Assembly (NCBI RefSeq): GCF_009914755.1
Contig: NC_060936.1
Origin: the human T2T-CHM13v2.0 reference genome, Homo sapiens
DNA: 64,000 nt
Direction: 5' to 3' (one strand)
Positions 32,154 through 46,784 of the stretch are shown in pieces (within the stretch, counting starts at the first letter, position 1; every line of letters begins with the position of its first letter). A program made the position numbers and the translations under genes. The notes below the pieces were generated by a model. The model searched no databases. It was not told the DNA's origin and saw only the letters and a list, made by a program, of their open reading frames with translations.

Positions 32154-33618
32154 CATGATAGAGCACTCCTGGATCAGTATGGTTGAATAATATAAGACAT
32201 GTGGAGGCAAACATTTAGGTTTACTTCCCAGACTCTACCATATACACACAGAGTGACTTTGCAGAAGATTATTGTATATCACTAAGATGACTTTTCCCAC
32301 ATTTAAAATCAGAACATTAAATCTATGATACAGTACTAGTACGAGGTTAAATAATACATTAAAGGTCTAATAATGTATTCTACAATGAATAGCCACTTGA
32401 TGTTAATTTCTCTTTTCCTCCTTTTTCCTAATCCACTTCCCTGTTAATTTAAGCTGCAGTTAAACTTCCATAGTGGACAGATTAGTCCCCATGCCTACTA
32501 TTCCCAGTACCTCGGTCTAGGTTAACACAACCTCCATGACCAGAAAACCAGGTACAGAATGGTGGTCACTGAGTAGCCCAAAGTAGGTATGACACAAGTA
32601 TGACCTGTCTGTAGTTTGGCATAGTCTAATACAATGGGCTCAAATAGTGAAAAACAGCATATCTGCTCCCTTCAGAATTCATCCAAGAAACAGAGACAGA
32701 CTGGTTAATAACAAAAGGGTAATGGAAGCAGACGTAGAAAGAGACATAGAAGTAACAAGATGGAAAAGCCATTCATTTGTTCACTCCACAAATATTAATG
32801 ACTGTCTATTTATTACATGCTATATGACCTGAGAGAGGAAGTAACAGGGGAATAATTCCCAGAGCTTTATAAGACCCAGACAACTTCCAGTTCCAGTCCA
32901 AATGTCTCTTTACAATAAATATTTTTTCTTTAGATGAATAGATGAAGGCTCTGCTCCTTGAAACTAAAATGACCTAACTAACGTAGCTTCACAAAGGAAG
33001 GCACAGAAAAGTGCCTTTTTGTTAGACACTCACACACACAAAGACAAAATATGTATTGCCCTAGGTAATAAATCAAACAAAAAGGGTTCTTCCTCAAAGT
33101 GGGCCATTCCTTTCCTAAAACCAGTAACAGACAGAACAGAAAACAAGTGGAGATAGCAAGGGCTACTGACCCTTAATATTCCTTTAGAAAGCCACTACCA
33201 GAAATACACTTTTAAGTGCCTTACCTGCACTGCATAGAAATATGTAGGCAAAGAGAAAAAAGATCGGCCAACTAAAACTACAGACTATAAGTACTTATTA
33301 AAGACTACTTTCACTAACATAAATGGGATTCACTACATCAGAGTCCCCTGATCACTTTTTGCAGGGCAGTCTGTGGGCCTCACTAAACTAATTTGCGATA
33401 TTAAGGTAAGGAAAGAAGAATTTCCTCATTCTAAATGTATTATTGGACAGGCTTGAAGTCCAGGTCTTAAGTATGGTTACATAAGGGACAACAATAACTA
33501 TTTGTTTCAAATTGTATCTCTTTCAATAAAACAATATCTCAGTGGTTTCAGCAGGGAGTACAAAATCTGATCTCTTAACCCTAAAATTCCAACCCTGGAA
33601 AAATGGCTCACCTTCGCC

Positions 33619-33621
<3 letters not shown>

Positions 33622-33660
<39 letters not shown>
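33622..33660 (+). repeat. (CA)19 microsatellite
   Basis: Direct read. Confidence 0.98.
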
Positions 33661-33661
<1 letters not shown>

Positions 33662-33859
33662 CTAGAGACTGATTTTCCACACAAAATTTATGTACTTATT
33701 AAAAAGGAATTTACTTTATAATTATGTGCAAGAATTATCATGGTGAGAAGTGAATGTTGGTTTTAATCATTGCCAGTAGATCCTCCCATCAGCCACATAA
33801 TCATATTCACTTTATGGAGGAAGCACTATTACTCCGTACCAAGCATCTTATATAATATA

Positions 33860-34030
33860 GCTCTTTGTTTTCATCCCTGTGACAAACCATGTGAGATGGC
33901 TGTGTGACCCTTGTTTTAAAAACAAGGAAACTGACTGCTGGAAAGGTAAGTAACATAATTATCCAAGATCTCCAACCTAACAAATGTCAAAGTATGGGAG
34001 CTGACCTTGGGCTTTTATGCTCTTGTCCAC
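33860..34030 (-). mobile_element. MIR
   Basis: aaacaaggaaactgact...atccaagatc. Confidence 0.65.
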
Positions 34031-34805
34031 AATAATCCAGAGCACCCAGAACATTTATATCTCTAAGAAGTTAAGTTTAGAAAAATGCATCTTTTTTTGC
34101 ATATATGTCACCAACTTCGGGTATTTCTTATTACAAGAGACCTTTTTGCTTAAAGATTCCAAATCAATCACCCATCATTTTTCTAACACTATAAATTCTA
34201 AATGCAAATGTCAACTAAGAAAGGTCTATGAACATTTTAAAAACTCATTTTCCCCAAATCCATATGAGTCTGAATGCTGAGAAATTCCACACTAAAGGTA
34301 GAATACTTAACAAAACACCAACATTTCCCTTCAGAAATAACAAAGGGAAATATAAGTTTGTGCTCACTTTTTCATAATGTCATGGCATGTTAAAAGATGA
34401 AAACCTAGTAACAAAGTCAATTAATAGAATCTACAATCTTTTTAAAATATTTTAGTAGCTTAAGAAGCATATTAAAACTAGAACCTAAATATTAGGCTGG
34501 AATCGTGGTACATCTTTAGCTCTTCCAGAATCATACTCACAGTGGGGCTCACACTGTATTTTAATAAGCTTCTAGGTGGGCCCATTCATCTAGCAGCTTA
34601 AAACCTCCCCAGGTGATTCCAATGTGAACTCCAGGCTGAGAACTGTCATAGTTGAAAACCACTGGACTGGCACATGAGAGCCTGATTTCTGCTGAATGTC
34701 CTTTCTTTGAGCTCTTCTCCCCCAGTCCTATGAAAAGCATGGTCGCTGATTAACTCAGAGTTAGGTGAAGAAAATCAAACTTGGAGAGATAATTATAATA
34801 GATAC

Positions 34806-35229
34806 CGTGATGGTTAATTTTGTGTGTCAACTTGACTAGGCTATGGTGCCCAGTTGTTTGGTCAAACATAGCCTCCATGTTGCTGTGAGGGTATTTTTAA
34901 ATGTAATTAACATTTAAATCAGTAGACTTTTAGTAAATTAGATTACCCTCCCTAATGTAGATGAGGCTCATACAATCAGTCAAAATCTTAAGAGCAAAGG
35001 CTAAGGTTTCCAGAAGAGGAAGGAATTCTGCTTCCCAAATGCAACACTGAAACTCTACCTGGCTTTCCAGCCTGCCTGGCATGTGCTGTAGATTTCAGAC
35101 AGGACTGCAACATCAACTCTTTCCTGAATTTCCAGGCTCCCAGCTTGCCTTACAGATTGTGAACTTGCCAGCTCCCATAATCACATGAGCGTATTCCTTA
35201 AAATAAGTCTCTTTCTCACTCGCATTCAT

Positions 35230-35278
<49 letters not shown>

Positions 35279-35315
35279 TCTCTTGTTTCAATTTCTCCAG
35301 GGGACCCTAATGCTA
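34806..35315 (+). mobile_element. MLT2 (MLT2D-like) solo LTR with (GT)23 at 35231-35276
   Basis: gtgatggttaattttgtgtgtcaacttgactaggctatggtgcccag; aatcagtagacttt; gatac flanks both ends. Confidence 0.9.
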
Positions 35316-35609
35316 GATACCATTATTTAAACACAGACTATGTACTAGAAACCATGCTAAATTATTCACATACATTTTCTGAGTTAGCCTTTACACAACC
35401 CAATTAAACAGTTGAATAAGCAAGCTATAAAGAGAAGATGTGACCAGAGATAGGGAAGCTTCCTTTAGTGGCTGTGGAGAGCAAGCAGTACAGAAGTTAG
35501 CACTAGGTGAGCCAAGAAAAAGCCAAGGACAAAAGAAGATAAGGTGTTCATTGAAAAAAACAAAAGACAAAAGGGAAAGGGGAAACCTATAGATTTAAAA
35601 ATACAGTGC

Positions 35610-36320
35610 CCACCATAGGAAACCATTCTTCTACTTTCTGCTTTTATTGCTTTGACTTTTATGGACATTACACTTAAGTGGAATCACACAACACGTAGTC
35701 TTGCATCTGACTCCTTTAAAGAAGCATAATGTTTTTGAAGTTTATTCATTTTGTAGCGTGCATCAATAGATCACTCCTAAAACTTCTTGAATATAGAAGT
35801 GGAATCATGTAGTAGTAGGTCTATGTTTAAACTTCAGGAAACTGTGAAAGCAGTTTTCCAAAGTGGTTGCACCATTTTATATTCTTACCAGCAATGAAGG
35901 TTCCACGTTCTCCATATCAATGCCAAAATTTATTATTGCTAACTTTTTAAATTATAAACAATTGAGAGTGTGTGTGTATGTGTGTGTGTGTTTGTGTGTG
36001 TGCAGTGTGTACTATATAGAGGTTGTTTATATCTCATTGTGATTTTTTTAAAATAGAGACAGAGTCTTGCTATGTTGCCCAGGCTGGTCTTGAACTCCTG
36101 GGCTCAAGCAATCCATCTGATTCTGACTCCCAAAATGCCAGGATAACAGGTGTGAGCCACCATGCCCGGCCCTCGTTGTGATTTTAATTTGCATTTGTCT
36201 AATGACTATTTATGTTGAGCATATTTTCATGTGTTTATTAGCCATTTGTAGATCTTCTTCAGTGAAATGTCTATTAGAATCTTTGACTATTTTAATAAAC
36301 TTTGGATATTGGTACTTATT
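35610..36320 (-). mobile_element. Old L1M fragment containing FLAM
   Basis: cagttttccaaagtggttgcaccatttt; gttgagcatattttcatgtgtttattagccattt. Confidence 0.8.
36043..36171 (-). mobile_element. FLAM_C (Alu left monomer)
   Basis: Single monomer; TSD ctc(a/g)ttgtgatttt. Confidence 0.9.
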
Positions 36321-36329
36321 TTAATAAAC

Positions 36330-36954
<625 letters not shown>

Positions 36955-37780
36955 CACAATAGGTTTTAAGAAATAAAAGCTGACACACCGAATGCATGCA
37001 TTAACCTACATATACACTCTCTCAAAATCTACTAAATACACCGTAAAGGGATTTTTTAAGGCATAAGCAACAAGAAGAAAAGGAATGGGAATGAAGACAA
37101 CAGCAACAAAACTTTGGAAGCTAGAAAGTATATGGATGAACATGAACCAACTTGAGAAACCTGAATCCCCAACCAGAAGTGGAAAAAGCCAAGAAAACAA
37201 CCTGATTTACACAACAAAAATCTTCAAAGGGTTTAGGAATAGGTGGCATCAGGTACATCTCTGGAGATAAGTTTGAAGGTGGAACTGAACACCAAGGAAT
37301 AACTGAAAGTAGATTTAAGAAAATGAACCTCCAGATATTTTACTACACTCTACACAGCCAACCAACCACCCCTCTCCTACTCCAGCAAATGACTTTGGCT
37401 TATTTTCTGCAGAGTCAAAGAGAGGTTCTCTGCGATGAAGAATCCAAGCTACGGTTGAGGGTGGGGACAAAATACTAAAATGAAGAAAATAAGTAAAAGT
37501 CTACAGATTGAATATAGAGACTTCTTCCTCAGTTCAGCTCCCAGAATGCTTATAGAGAGGCTAAAAGATTAGAAGAATCTGGATGTCCAACAAGAAAGAC
37601 TAAAAGATGCTGACATTAGAGGACCCCCCACCATGTCTGCTCACTCCACAGTAATAAGCTTCACCCACGCACACAGAGTTCGCACTAGCTTTACAGAGCC
37701 CAACCTTTTCTTCTGAGTCATTAATTGGTAGAGATAACTTATTGGGGTTCAGGGGGTTGATTTAAAAATTGAGAACTATA

Positions 37781-38080
37781 GGCCGGGTGCAGTGGCTCAC
37801 AACTGTAATCCTAGCACTTTGGGAGGCCGAGGCGGGCAGATCACAAGGTCAGGAGATCGAGACCATCCTGGATAACACAGTGAAACCCCGTCTCTACTAA
37901 AAATACAAAAAAATTAGCCGGGTGTGGTGGCGGGAGCCTGTAGTCCCAGCCACTCAGGAGGCTGAGGCAGGAGAATGGCATGAACCCAGGAGGCAGAGCT
38001 TGCAGTGAGCCGAGATCGCGCCACTGCACTCCAGCCTGGGAGACAGAGCGAGACTCCATCTCAAAAAAAAAAAAAAAAAA
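37781..38080 (+). mobile_element. AluY
   Basis: gagatcgagaccatcc, gagaatggcatgaaccc, gagcttgcag; TSD aaaaattgagaacta. Confidence 0.97.
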
Positions 38081-38314
38081 TTGAGAACTACAGAAAAAGT
38101 TACAGATTTATGACTATATGAGGAAGTAATGAAAAGCCATTTCATGAAGCAGTGGTGAATCAAGTTTTTACTATATGTTACCTCTTGGGAGAATAGTTTA
38201 TACTAAATTACTTGTTTTATTAAAAAAAGAAACTATGCCAAAAAAGAAAAACAATATAAATGGTCAAATCTAATATATTTTTGGCTTTCTTTTTGACAAA
38301 CTGTCTGTAAAAAT

Positions 38315-38603
38315 GGTGTCTATTGTTCCCATATTTATGACCATGTGTATCCAATGTTTAGCACCTATTTATAAGCGAGAACATGTGTTATTTGGTTTTC
38401 TGTTTCTGCGTTAATTCACTTAGAATAATCGTTTCCAGCTGCAACCATGTTGCCTCAAAGGATATTATTTTGTCCTTTTTTATGGCTGTGTAGTATTCCA
38501 TGGTGAATATATACCACATTTTCCTTATCCAATCCACCACTGACGGGCACCTGGGTTGATCTCATGTCTTCGCTCCTGTGAATAGCACTATGATGGACAT
38601 ACG
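38315..38603 (-). mobile_element. L1PA (about L1PA13-16) fragment, part of a chimeric insertion
   Basis: gtgtctattgttcccat...ataagcgagaacatgtg...tatggctgtgtagtattccatggtg. Confidence 0.88.
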
Positions 38604-38787
38604 GAGCCCAACTTTTAAATACAAATGGACAACCAAGGATCACAGGACATTTTAGAAAAGCCCCAAACATGAAAAATGAAGGCTGAAAAGTGAAAACCTG
38701 AAGAGATTTGTAAAATAAACCTAAGTGTTAGATAAACTGACAAAATTTCCCAGAAAGTAAAGTAAAAAGATTTTTAAAGGTACAAAT

Positions 38788-38997
38788 GGACGAGCGCAGT
38801 GACTCACACCTATAATCTCACCAATTTGGGAGGTCAAGGTGGGAGGATTACTTGAGCCCTGGAGTTTGAGACCAGCTTGGGCAACATAGGGAGACCCCCA
38901 TCTCGAAAGAAAGAAAGGAAAGAAAGGAAGGAAGGAAGGAAGGAAGGGAGGGAGGGAGGGAGGGAGGGAGGGAGGGAGGGAGGGAGGGAAAGAAAAG

Positions 38998-39028
<31 letters not shown>

Positions 39029-39200
39029 TTAGCCAGGTGTGGTAGTGCACGCCTGTAGTCCCAGCTACTCAGGAGGCTGAGACAGGAGGACTGATTGAGT
39101 CTGGGAGGTCAAGGCTGCAGTGAGCCATGGCCATGCCACCGCACTCCAGCCTGAGCAACAGAGCGGGACCCTGTCTCAAAAAAAAAAAAAAAAAAAAAAA
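38788..39200 (+). mobile_element. AluJ with expanded purine linker
   Basis: ttgagccctggagtttgag, gaggtcaaggctgcagtg; TSD aaggtacaaat. Confidence 0.95.
38905..39028 (+). repeat. Compound polypurine repeat (GAAA)n(GGAA)5(GGGA)11(AAAAG)n
   Basis: Direct read; 124 nt without a pyrimidine. Confidence 0.97.
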
Positions 39201-40053
39201 CAAGGTACAAATCGTGCTTGATTTACCATGGTTCAATAATAATTTTTTCAGTGTACATGTGCATATTAAATAGCAACACATATAAAGCTCTTAGCACAGT
39301 ATCTGGCCCATAAGGCTAAACAAATATTTGCTATTATTGTTGTTATTATTATTAACTGAAAATTTCAAATAGTATTTTCTGTAGTTTGGACAACTAGTAA
39401 ATATGACTACCCCGATTTTTAAAATCTAGAATTAAACATTTCTATGTACTTCTTAATTTTATATACATGATCTCACCACAAAGCCCTCAATATTACTCAA
39501 AAGGCACATCTTTATTTCCCTGTACTTCAAATCAATTTCTATCTAAACAGAAATTCAGCTTGGTCTTTCCCCAGGCAATGATAACCTTCTCTGACACTCT
39601 CTAATGCTGATGTCCTCCAAACAGGACTTTCTGTCCTCCAAAAAGAAAAAACCTTCCCCAAGGAACAGCAAGAAAGAAGGAAGCTTTATAATAGATGAAT
39701 TTATAGGCAAGTCTGTCTCTTATCTAACTTCTGTGAGTGTCCAGCCCTGATCCTGTGTCTTTGGTTTAAAAGAAAAAAAGCCCTGGGTAAGCCAAGCTCA
39801 GCCCTAGGCATCCTCCTCTTCTTCCTATTTTGGCCCTGGCTTCCATGACCCTATCTGTTTTCTGTAATTTGCTACATATAATGGGTAAATATGGAACAAC
39901 GATGAAGAAAGCAAAGATTGGAGGGGGGAGGTTGCCAAACTGCTCTCCGCTTTAGCCCCGACTTTGATATAAGAAGGCAGGAGAGCCAAGGATTAATATC
40001 AGAGGTGGTTTTTCATTTTTCATAACATTTCAGAGCCTGAAAGACTGTAACAA

Positions 40054-40099
40054 GATGGTGATGATGATGATGATGATGATGACGACAACAACAACAACA
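40054..40099 (+). repeat. Compound (GAT)n(GAC)2(AAC)n trinucleotide repeat
   Basis: Direct read. Confidence 0.9.
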
Positions 40100-40550
40100 T
40101 TTCACATTTATTTAGGCTTTCACTACATAATCGCAAAAACACTATCTCATATTAACAAGAATAACAGCTACATGGAGATCAATGAGTCTAGTCCTCTCAT
40201 TTTATAGGTTAGACAACTTAATGAAGTCAGAGAGATTAATAACTTTGCCAAGACTACAAATTAGTGGCATTGGTGATAATAACAGTGATGATAATAATGA
40301 TGGTGATGGTGGCAGTGATTACGTTAATAACCCACTAAATTCTTTGTGTGCCTTGTCTCATTTAATCCTTACAGCAGCCCTAGGAGGGAAGTACTATATT
40401 TATCTTAATTTTAAGCTGAAGCAACTAAGAATTTAAAAGATCAAAAAACTTGCCCAAAGTCACACAGCAAATAAGTGGCAGAACTGAGATTCAAAAAGCA
40501 GATGGACTCAAAAATCTGTCAAGTTAAAACACTAAACTACACTTCCTGTA
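40100..40550 (-). mobile_element. Two MIR fragments
   Basis: tctcatttaatccttacagcagcccta; aacttgcccaaagtcacacagc. Confidence 0.75.
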
Positions 40551-40978
40551 GTTAAAATTACAACTCGATTCTTCTGACTCTGATCCTAGTTTAATATTGT
40601 TTCCCTCATAGCCTGTCTCCTAAATTTAGTGAGGTATGTGTTGAAATAGAAATCTAATACGTATTGCATTTATTTTCTAATATATTATCTGTTACCCCTA
40701 CAAGTTTAATGTTACAGAATATAGATCCATCTCTAGCTGTAAAAATATACTAATATATATTATTAAGTAATTAGCAATAGTATTCATTTTATCAATATGA
40801 CATTTAATCAATTTTAGTTTTTATAAGTCAGATGCACATAGTTTATTTCAAGAGGAAAAAAAGTCATCTCACTGTTATATTCTTGCAGAAGATTGCCCTG
40901 TCCTAAAATCAGGATTATTTGTAGACAATACAAAGCAGCTAAACTAGCTTCTCTTAGAATTTCCACTGTAGGAAATAA

Positions 40979-41757
<779 letters not shown>

Positions 41758-41799
41758 CTATGTGAAGTAGCTCCTTGCACACAATAGTGACAAAAATAT

Positions 41800-42010
41800 T
41801 TAGCATTTATTCAAAGAGCTATAATTTCCAGAACTCTTTCAATTCTTACCCTAATCCTGAGAAGCAAGCAGGGAAGATTACATTATCCCCACATTAAAGT
41901 TAAGGAAGAACTATGATTCATAATGGATACTTGTCTCAGCCAAAATCACAGTCACCAAGAGGCAGAGCCAGGATTAGAACCTTGGTCTTCTGACTCGTGA
42001 GTCCTATATA
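41800..42010 (-). mobile_element. MIR
   Basis: ggcagagccaggattagaaccttggtcttctgactc. Confidence 0.75.
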
Positions 42011-43149
42011 CTTGCTACTCTACTTGATCTTTATTTCTTATATAAAAGAATGTTCAGTTAATGTTTGACAAATGAACGTATGCAATGCATGAGCAAATCA
42101 CATTTCATCAGAAAGAAATGCTGAATTTCTAAATTTCAGACCAGCATTTTGCCATTATATAATTTTTTCTCTGTAACTATACTTTTTGTTTCTGAAGAAT
42201 GAGGCTGTCCCCTCAACAAGTATAATTATCCTCTAGAAAAGCAAATTGTCTTTGAGCTGATAAGCTGATAAACAGCTAACACACAAAATCACTAAATTTT
42301 TCTAGATAAAAATCACGAGTTAAAAAAATAGATATATCTTCTTAGAAATATACCAAGAAAACCAAATGCTATAACTTTTAACCCTAGTTTATAGCATAGC
42401 TAAAGAACAATTACTATATAAACTAGACACAGTTTTGGAATGAATGAATGAAGACTCATTTATACCAAGAAGGAAGAAAAGAATCACAACACAGTTCACC
42501 CATGATTTCACATCTATTAAGTAGAAAATATTATCATATTCTCACAACTGTCAGCCTGTGCTGCCAGACTTCACATTTAGCAATTATCTCAACGCCAGCT
42601 GTCCCCACAATTTCGTTTCAAATTTAATATGCCCTAGAAAATATTACATTTCAAAATTTCTAGCAATTTGCAAAAGATAGAGACAGAAGAGGCAGCCTCT
42701 GTAGCAAAGGCATGTGTAGGCTCTCTGCACACTGTGGGAACACACTGGAATCCTATAGTGGACATTTGTTATGTGCCCCCCAACCCTCTCCAGGATTATT
42801 CTGGGTCTTCTGGTACAACTCCAAAACCTCATTTAGATAACACCCCTCCCCCATTCTCAGTCCATGTAGACTGGATGAGGTCTCCTTACTCCACTCAACA
42901 AAGCCAAAAATGAACATAAGACTGCTGATGCCAACATCAGTGCTTTCTACTACATTATGCTTCATATTACAGTGACATTTATTGTTTTGTCTGCCTAACA
43001 CAACATTCCCTTCTTATGGAATGGCAACTAATGGCTATGTGATCAAGCTGCCTGGGTTTGAAACCTGTTCCCACCACTTCCTACCCATGTGACTTGATCC
43101 ATTTATTTAACTGCTCTAAGCCTCCATTTCCTCATCTGTAAAACAAAGA

Positions 43150-43960
43150 TTCATTCACATATTCAACAAATATTTATTGAACACTTATTATGATCCATGC
43201 TTGTGCAAGTGCTGAGATAAGAATAGTGAATAAGATAGAAAAGGTCAATATCCTCATGGAGCTCAGATATGGCAGTAAACAACAATAAACCAACAAGAGA
43301 GGTGCAGATTATAAGCGCCATAAAAGAAATAAATAATGGGAGAAGATAGTAAAAGAGTGATTCTAGATCCACTTACATAGAATGTGCAGAATTTCAGGAT
43401 AAAGAGGCTTTCAGTATAAAGCCTCTCTGAGGAGGTGACATTTTAGCTGAAATATAAAAAGAAAGAATAAGCCAACCACTCAAAGAGAACTGGAAGATCA
43501 TTCCAGGAAGAGGGAAAGCCAGAGGAAGAAAAGAGCTTGGCACAAAAGGACATCTAGATAACTGAAGCATGGCAAGTGAGAAGGGGGTAAAATAACACAA
43601 GACGACATCAGAAAGCTAAACAGAAGCCAGACTGTGCTGAGCCTTGCAGGTATGGGAAGAAATTGAGATTTCATTCTAGGAGCGAGCAACGGAAATCCAT
43701 TGAAGTGCTTTATTTAAAGCTTTGTGTTTTTAAAATGTTATTCCAGCTACTATGGAAAGGATGGATATGGAAAAGAAGAGTCATCTATTCAATATAGTTA
43801 AGAGGATGGATGGAAGAGGGAAAGAAGGAAGGAATCAGGGATGATTTCTAGGTTACTTGGGTTGAGCAGCTGTGTATATGGTGATCTATTGATTGAGACT
43901 ACAAAGATTAGGCAAAAGTCAGGGTTCAAGAATTATTACATTTGAGATGCCTATCAGATC
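43150..43960 (-). mobile_element. L2
   Basis: attcaacaaatatttattgaacac; gcctctctgaggaggtgacattt; tttgagatgcctat. Confidence 0.85.
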
Positions 43961-43970
43961 CTCAAAATAG

Positions 43971-44296
<326 letters not shown>

Positions 44297-44791
44297 CTGT
44301 GATACATATTAAATGAAATAATCTATGTAAAAAGCACAATGCCTAATGCAGAGTAAACATTCAATAAATGTTAGCTATTATTCATGTTTTGAGAAAAAGA
44401 GGAAAGTTCCTTCCTTGGTCTACCCATGTGGTTTTGGTAATGACTGATGACTTTATCTTATCCCATGACCCAGCTAGGGCATTGGACAACTAACTGGTCT
44501 AGATGAAACCAACAAGAATCACACTCTCTTAGCTGTGGTGATTGGTCCATCACTCAAGCCACACCAACTTAAGTTCTTCCCTATGATTTTCAAACTAGAA
44601 GCTGAAAGGGAAGTTCCCCTTCCTCTTCAGTAGGGACCCTGTAAGAGTCCAGGGATGCTGATGGTAAAGTTCCTACTTCTAGGAGAAATGCCCTCTGTAA
44701 TTGGAGGGAATAAGGCTGATACCCAGAGAGAAGCACAGATGAGAGACAGAGTACTAGAGGCAGAGAGTGCTTATTTCTAGTAATTCTAGGG

Positions 44792-45263
44792 TAGTGCTGT
44801 CCAATAGAAGCATAATACAAGCCACATATGAAACACTAAAAATAGACAGGTAAAGTTAATTTTAATAATACATTGTATTTAAACCAATGTATCCAAAATA
44901 GTATCATGGTAATATGCACTCAATATACAAAGTTGCCAAATAAGAATGATACAATGGACTTTGGGGACTCCGGAGGAAAAATGGGAGGAGGGGAGAGGGA
45001 TAAAAGACTATGAATGTGGTGCAGTGTATACTGCTCGGGCGATGGGTGCACCAAAACCTCACAGATCACACTAAAGAGCTTACTCATATAACCTAATACC
45101 AACTGTACCACAATAACTTATAGAAAAATTAAAAATAAAAAAAAATAAAAAGTTGCCAAGTGTTCAAAACCCAGTGTGTATGGTAAATTTGAACTCAGAC
45201 TAGCCATATTTCTAGTGATCAAGAGCGATATATGACTAGTGGCTACTGTGTTGGATAGCACTA
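44792..45263 (+). mobile_element. MER33 interrupted by L1PB
   Basis: agtgctgtccaatagaa...gtggctactgtgttggatagcact terminal inverted repeats. Confidence 0.85.
44940..45148 (+). mobile_element. L1PB 3' fragment
   Basis: aagaatgatacaatggactttgggg...gcagtgtatactgctcggg; TSD aaagttgccaa. Confidence 0.92.
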
Positions 45264-45433
45264 CCAACACTACCTGGGCTCTACCCAGGCCCTTTGCAGG
45301 CCATAAGCCAATGCATGCCCTTGTAGGATTTCATTAATTTAAGTTGGATTTGTGTCTCTTATCCCGAGAGTCCTTAATTTACCTAAAAACATTATTTCAC
45401 TTATTCCATTTACATCTGAAACCCTAATAATTC

Positions 45434-45728
<295 letters not shown>

Positions 45729-46784
45729 TAATCATTTTTTTAGAAATCACACACAGTACATTATATTCTGAAAATTGATTCACCAATTCTTATTAGCATA
45801 AGGACTATCACCTATTTCCCTACTTGAGTGCCAACTCCCACTTCACATATGCACTACAGTTAAGACTCATTAGACCTCTGTATTCCAGCCTTGATTAGCA
45901 CAAGAAACCATAATGGAGCATCTGCAAACAAGAATCAAAGGTACTACAAGTGATAACTCTGATTGAGTTGATCTGAGGTGGAATCTGGGACTCCATTTTT
46001 TTAAATGTTGTCCTAGTAATTTTGATAATCACCCAGATTCAAAACTACCGAGTTGGATCACTTACTAAATCTAAATAGCAACTTCTGCCCCTTATTTACC
46101 TTTTCTATTGTTACAAGTATTTCCTCTGTTGTATTTACTGAAGCGCATACTATATTCACCTTTGTATACTTAATTCCTAACCCCTTAATGGATATACTTC
46201 AAATATTCAATAAATATTTGTTGAACTAAAAGAAAAACTTAAAGTGGACTTTTAATATGATGCTATTTCCAATATGATATCTAAAATAGTCCAGAGAAGT
46301 AGTGGGAGATAATAAGAGTACTAAGTTTAGGTAATGGCCTATCTCTCCTTCTTTCTGTTCTAATTTTAATTAGCTCTCTGCTAGTCTGAATTGAGGGTAA
46401 AGGGAGTTAATTGTTGGATTACTCTGACTACAGTTACATTAAAAAGAAAGTGCCCTGTGGCCATATTAAGTGCCATGTTGTACCCAAATGTCCACCTGTA
46501 GTTAGATAATTTTGATTTAATTGACTTCACTCACATCCAGAGACCATGGAAGGGAGTGGAAGTTTGGTCAATTAAAAATCAAGCATTAAGAATGCCAACT
46601 GATTCCTCCTGAGTGAGAATTAGAGAAAAGGAATTCTAGGTCTGTGGGCACAGGGAAAGACATACCAAAGCATTCATAAATGGCTCTTGGTTCCTCACCT
46701 CCTTCTTCTCTTCCACACACACATTCTAGGAGGTTCAATAAAGTGCTGTAATGTGTTTTGCACACAGAAGGTACTCAACAAAGT

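Larger units (their letters stand above)
36990..38787 (+). mobile_element. HAL1 5' region, interrupted by the 37710-38603 insertion
   Basis: aaaactttggaagctagaaagtatatggatga; resumes as gacaaccaaggatcacaggacatttt after the insertion. Confidence 0.6.
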
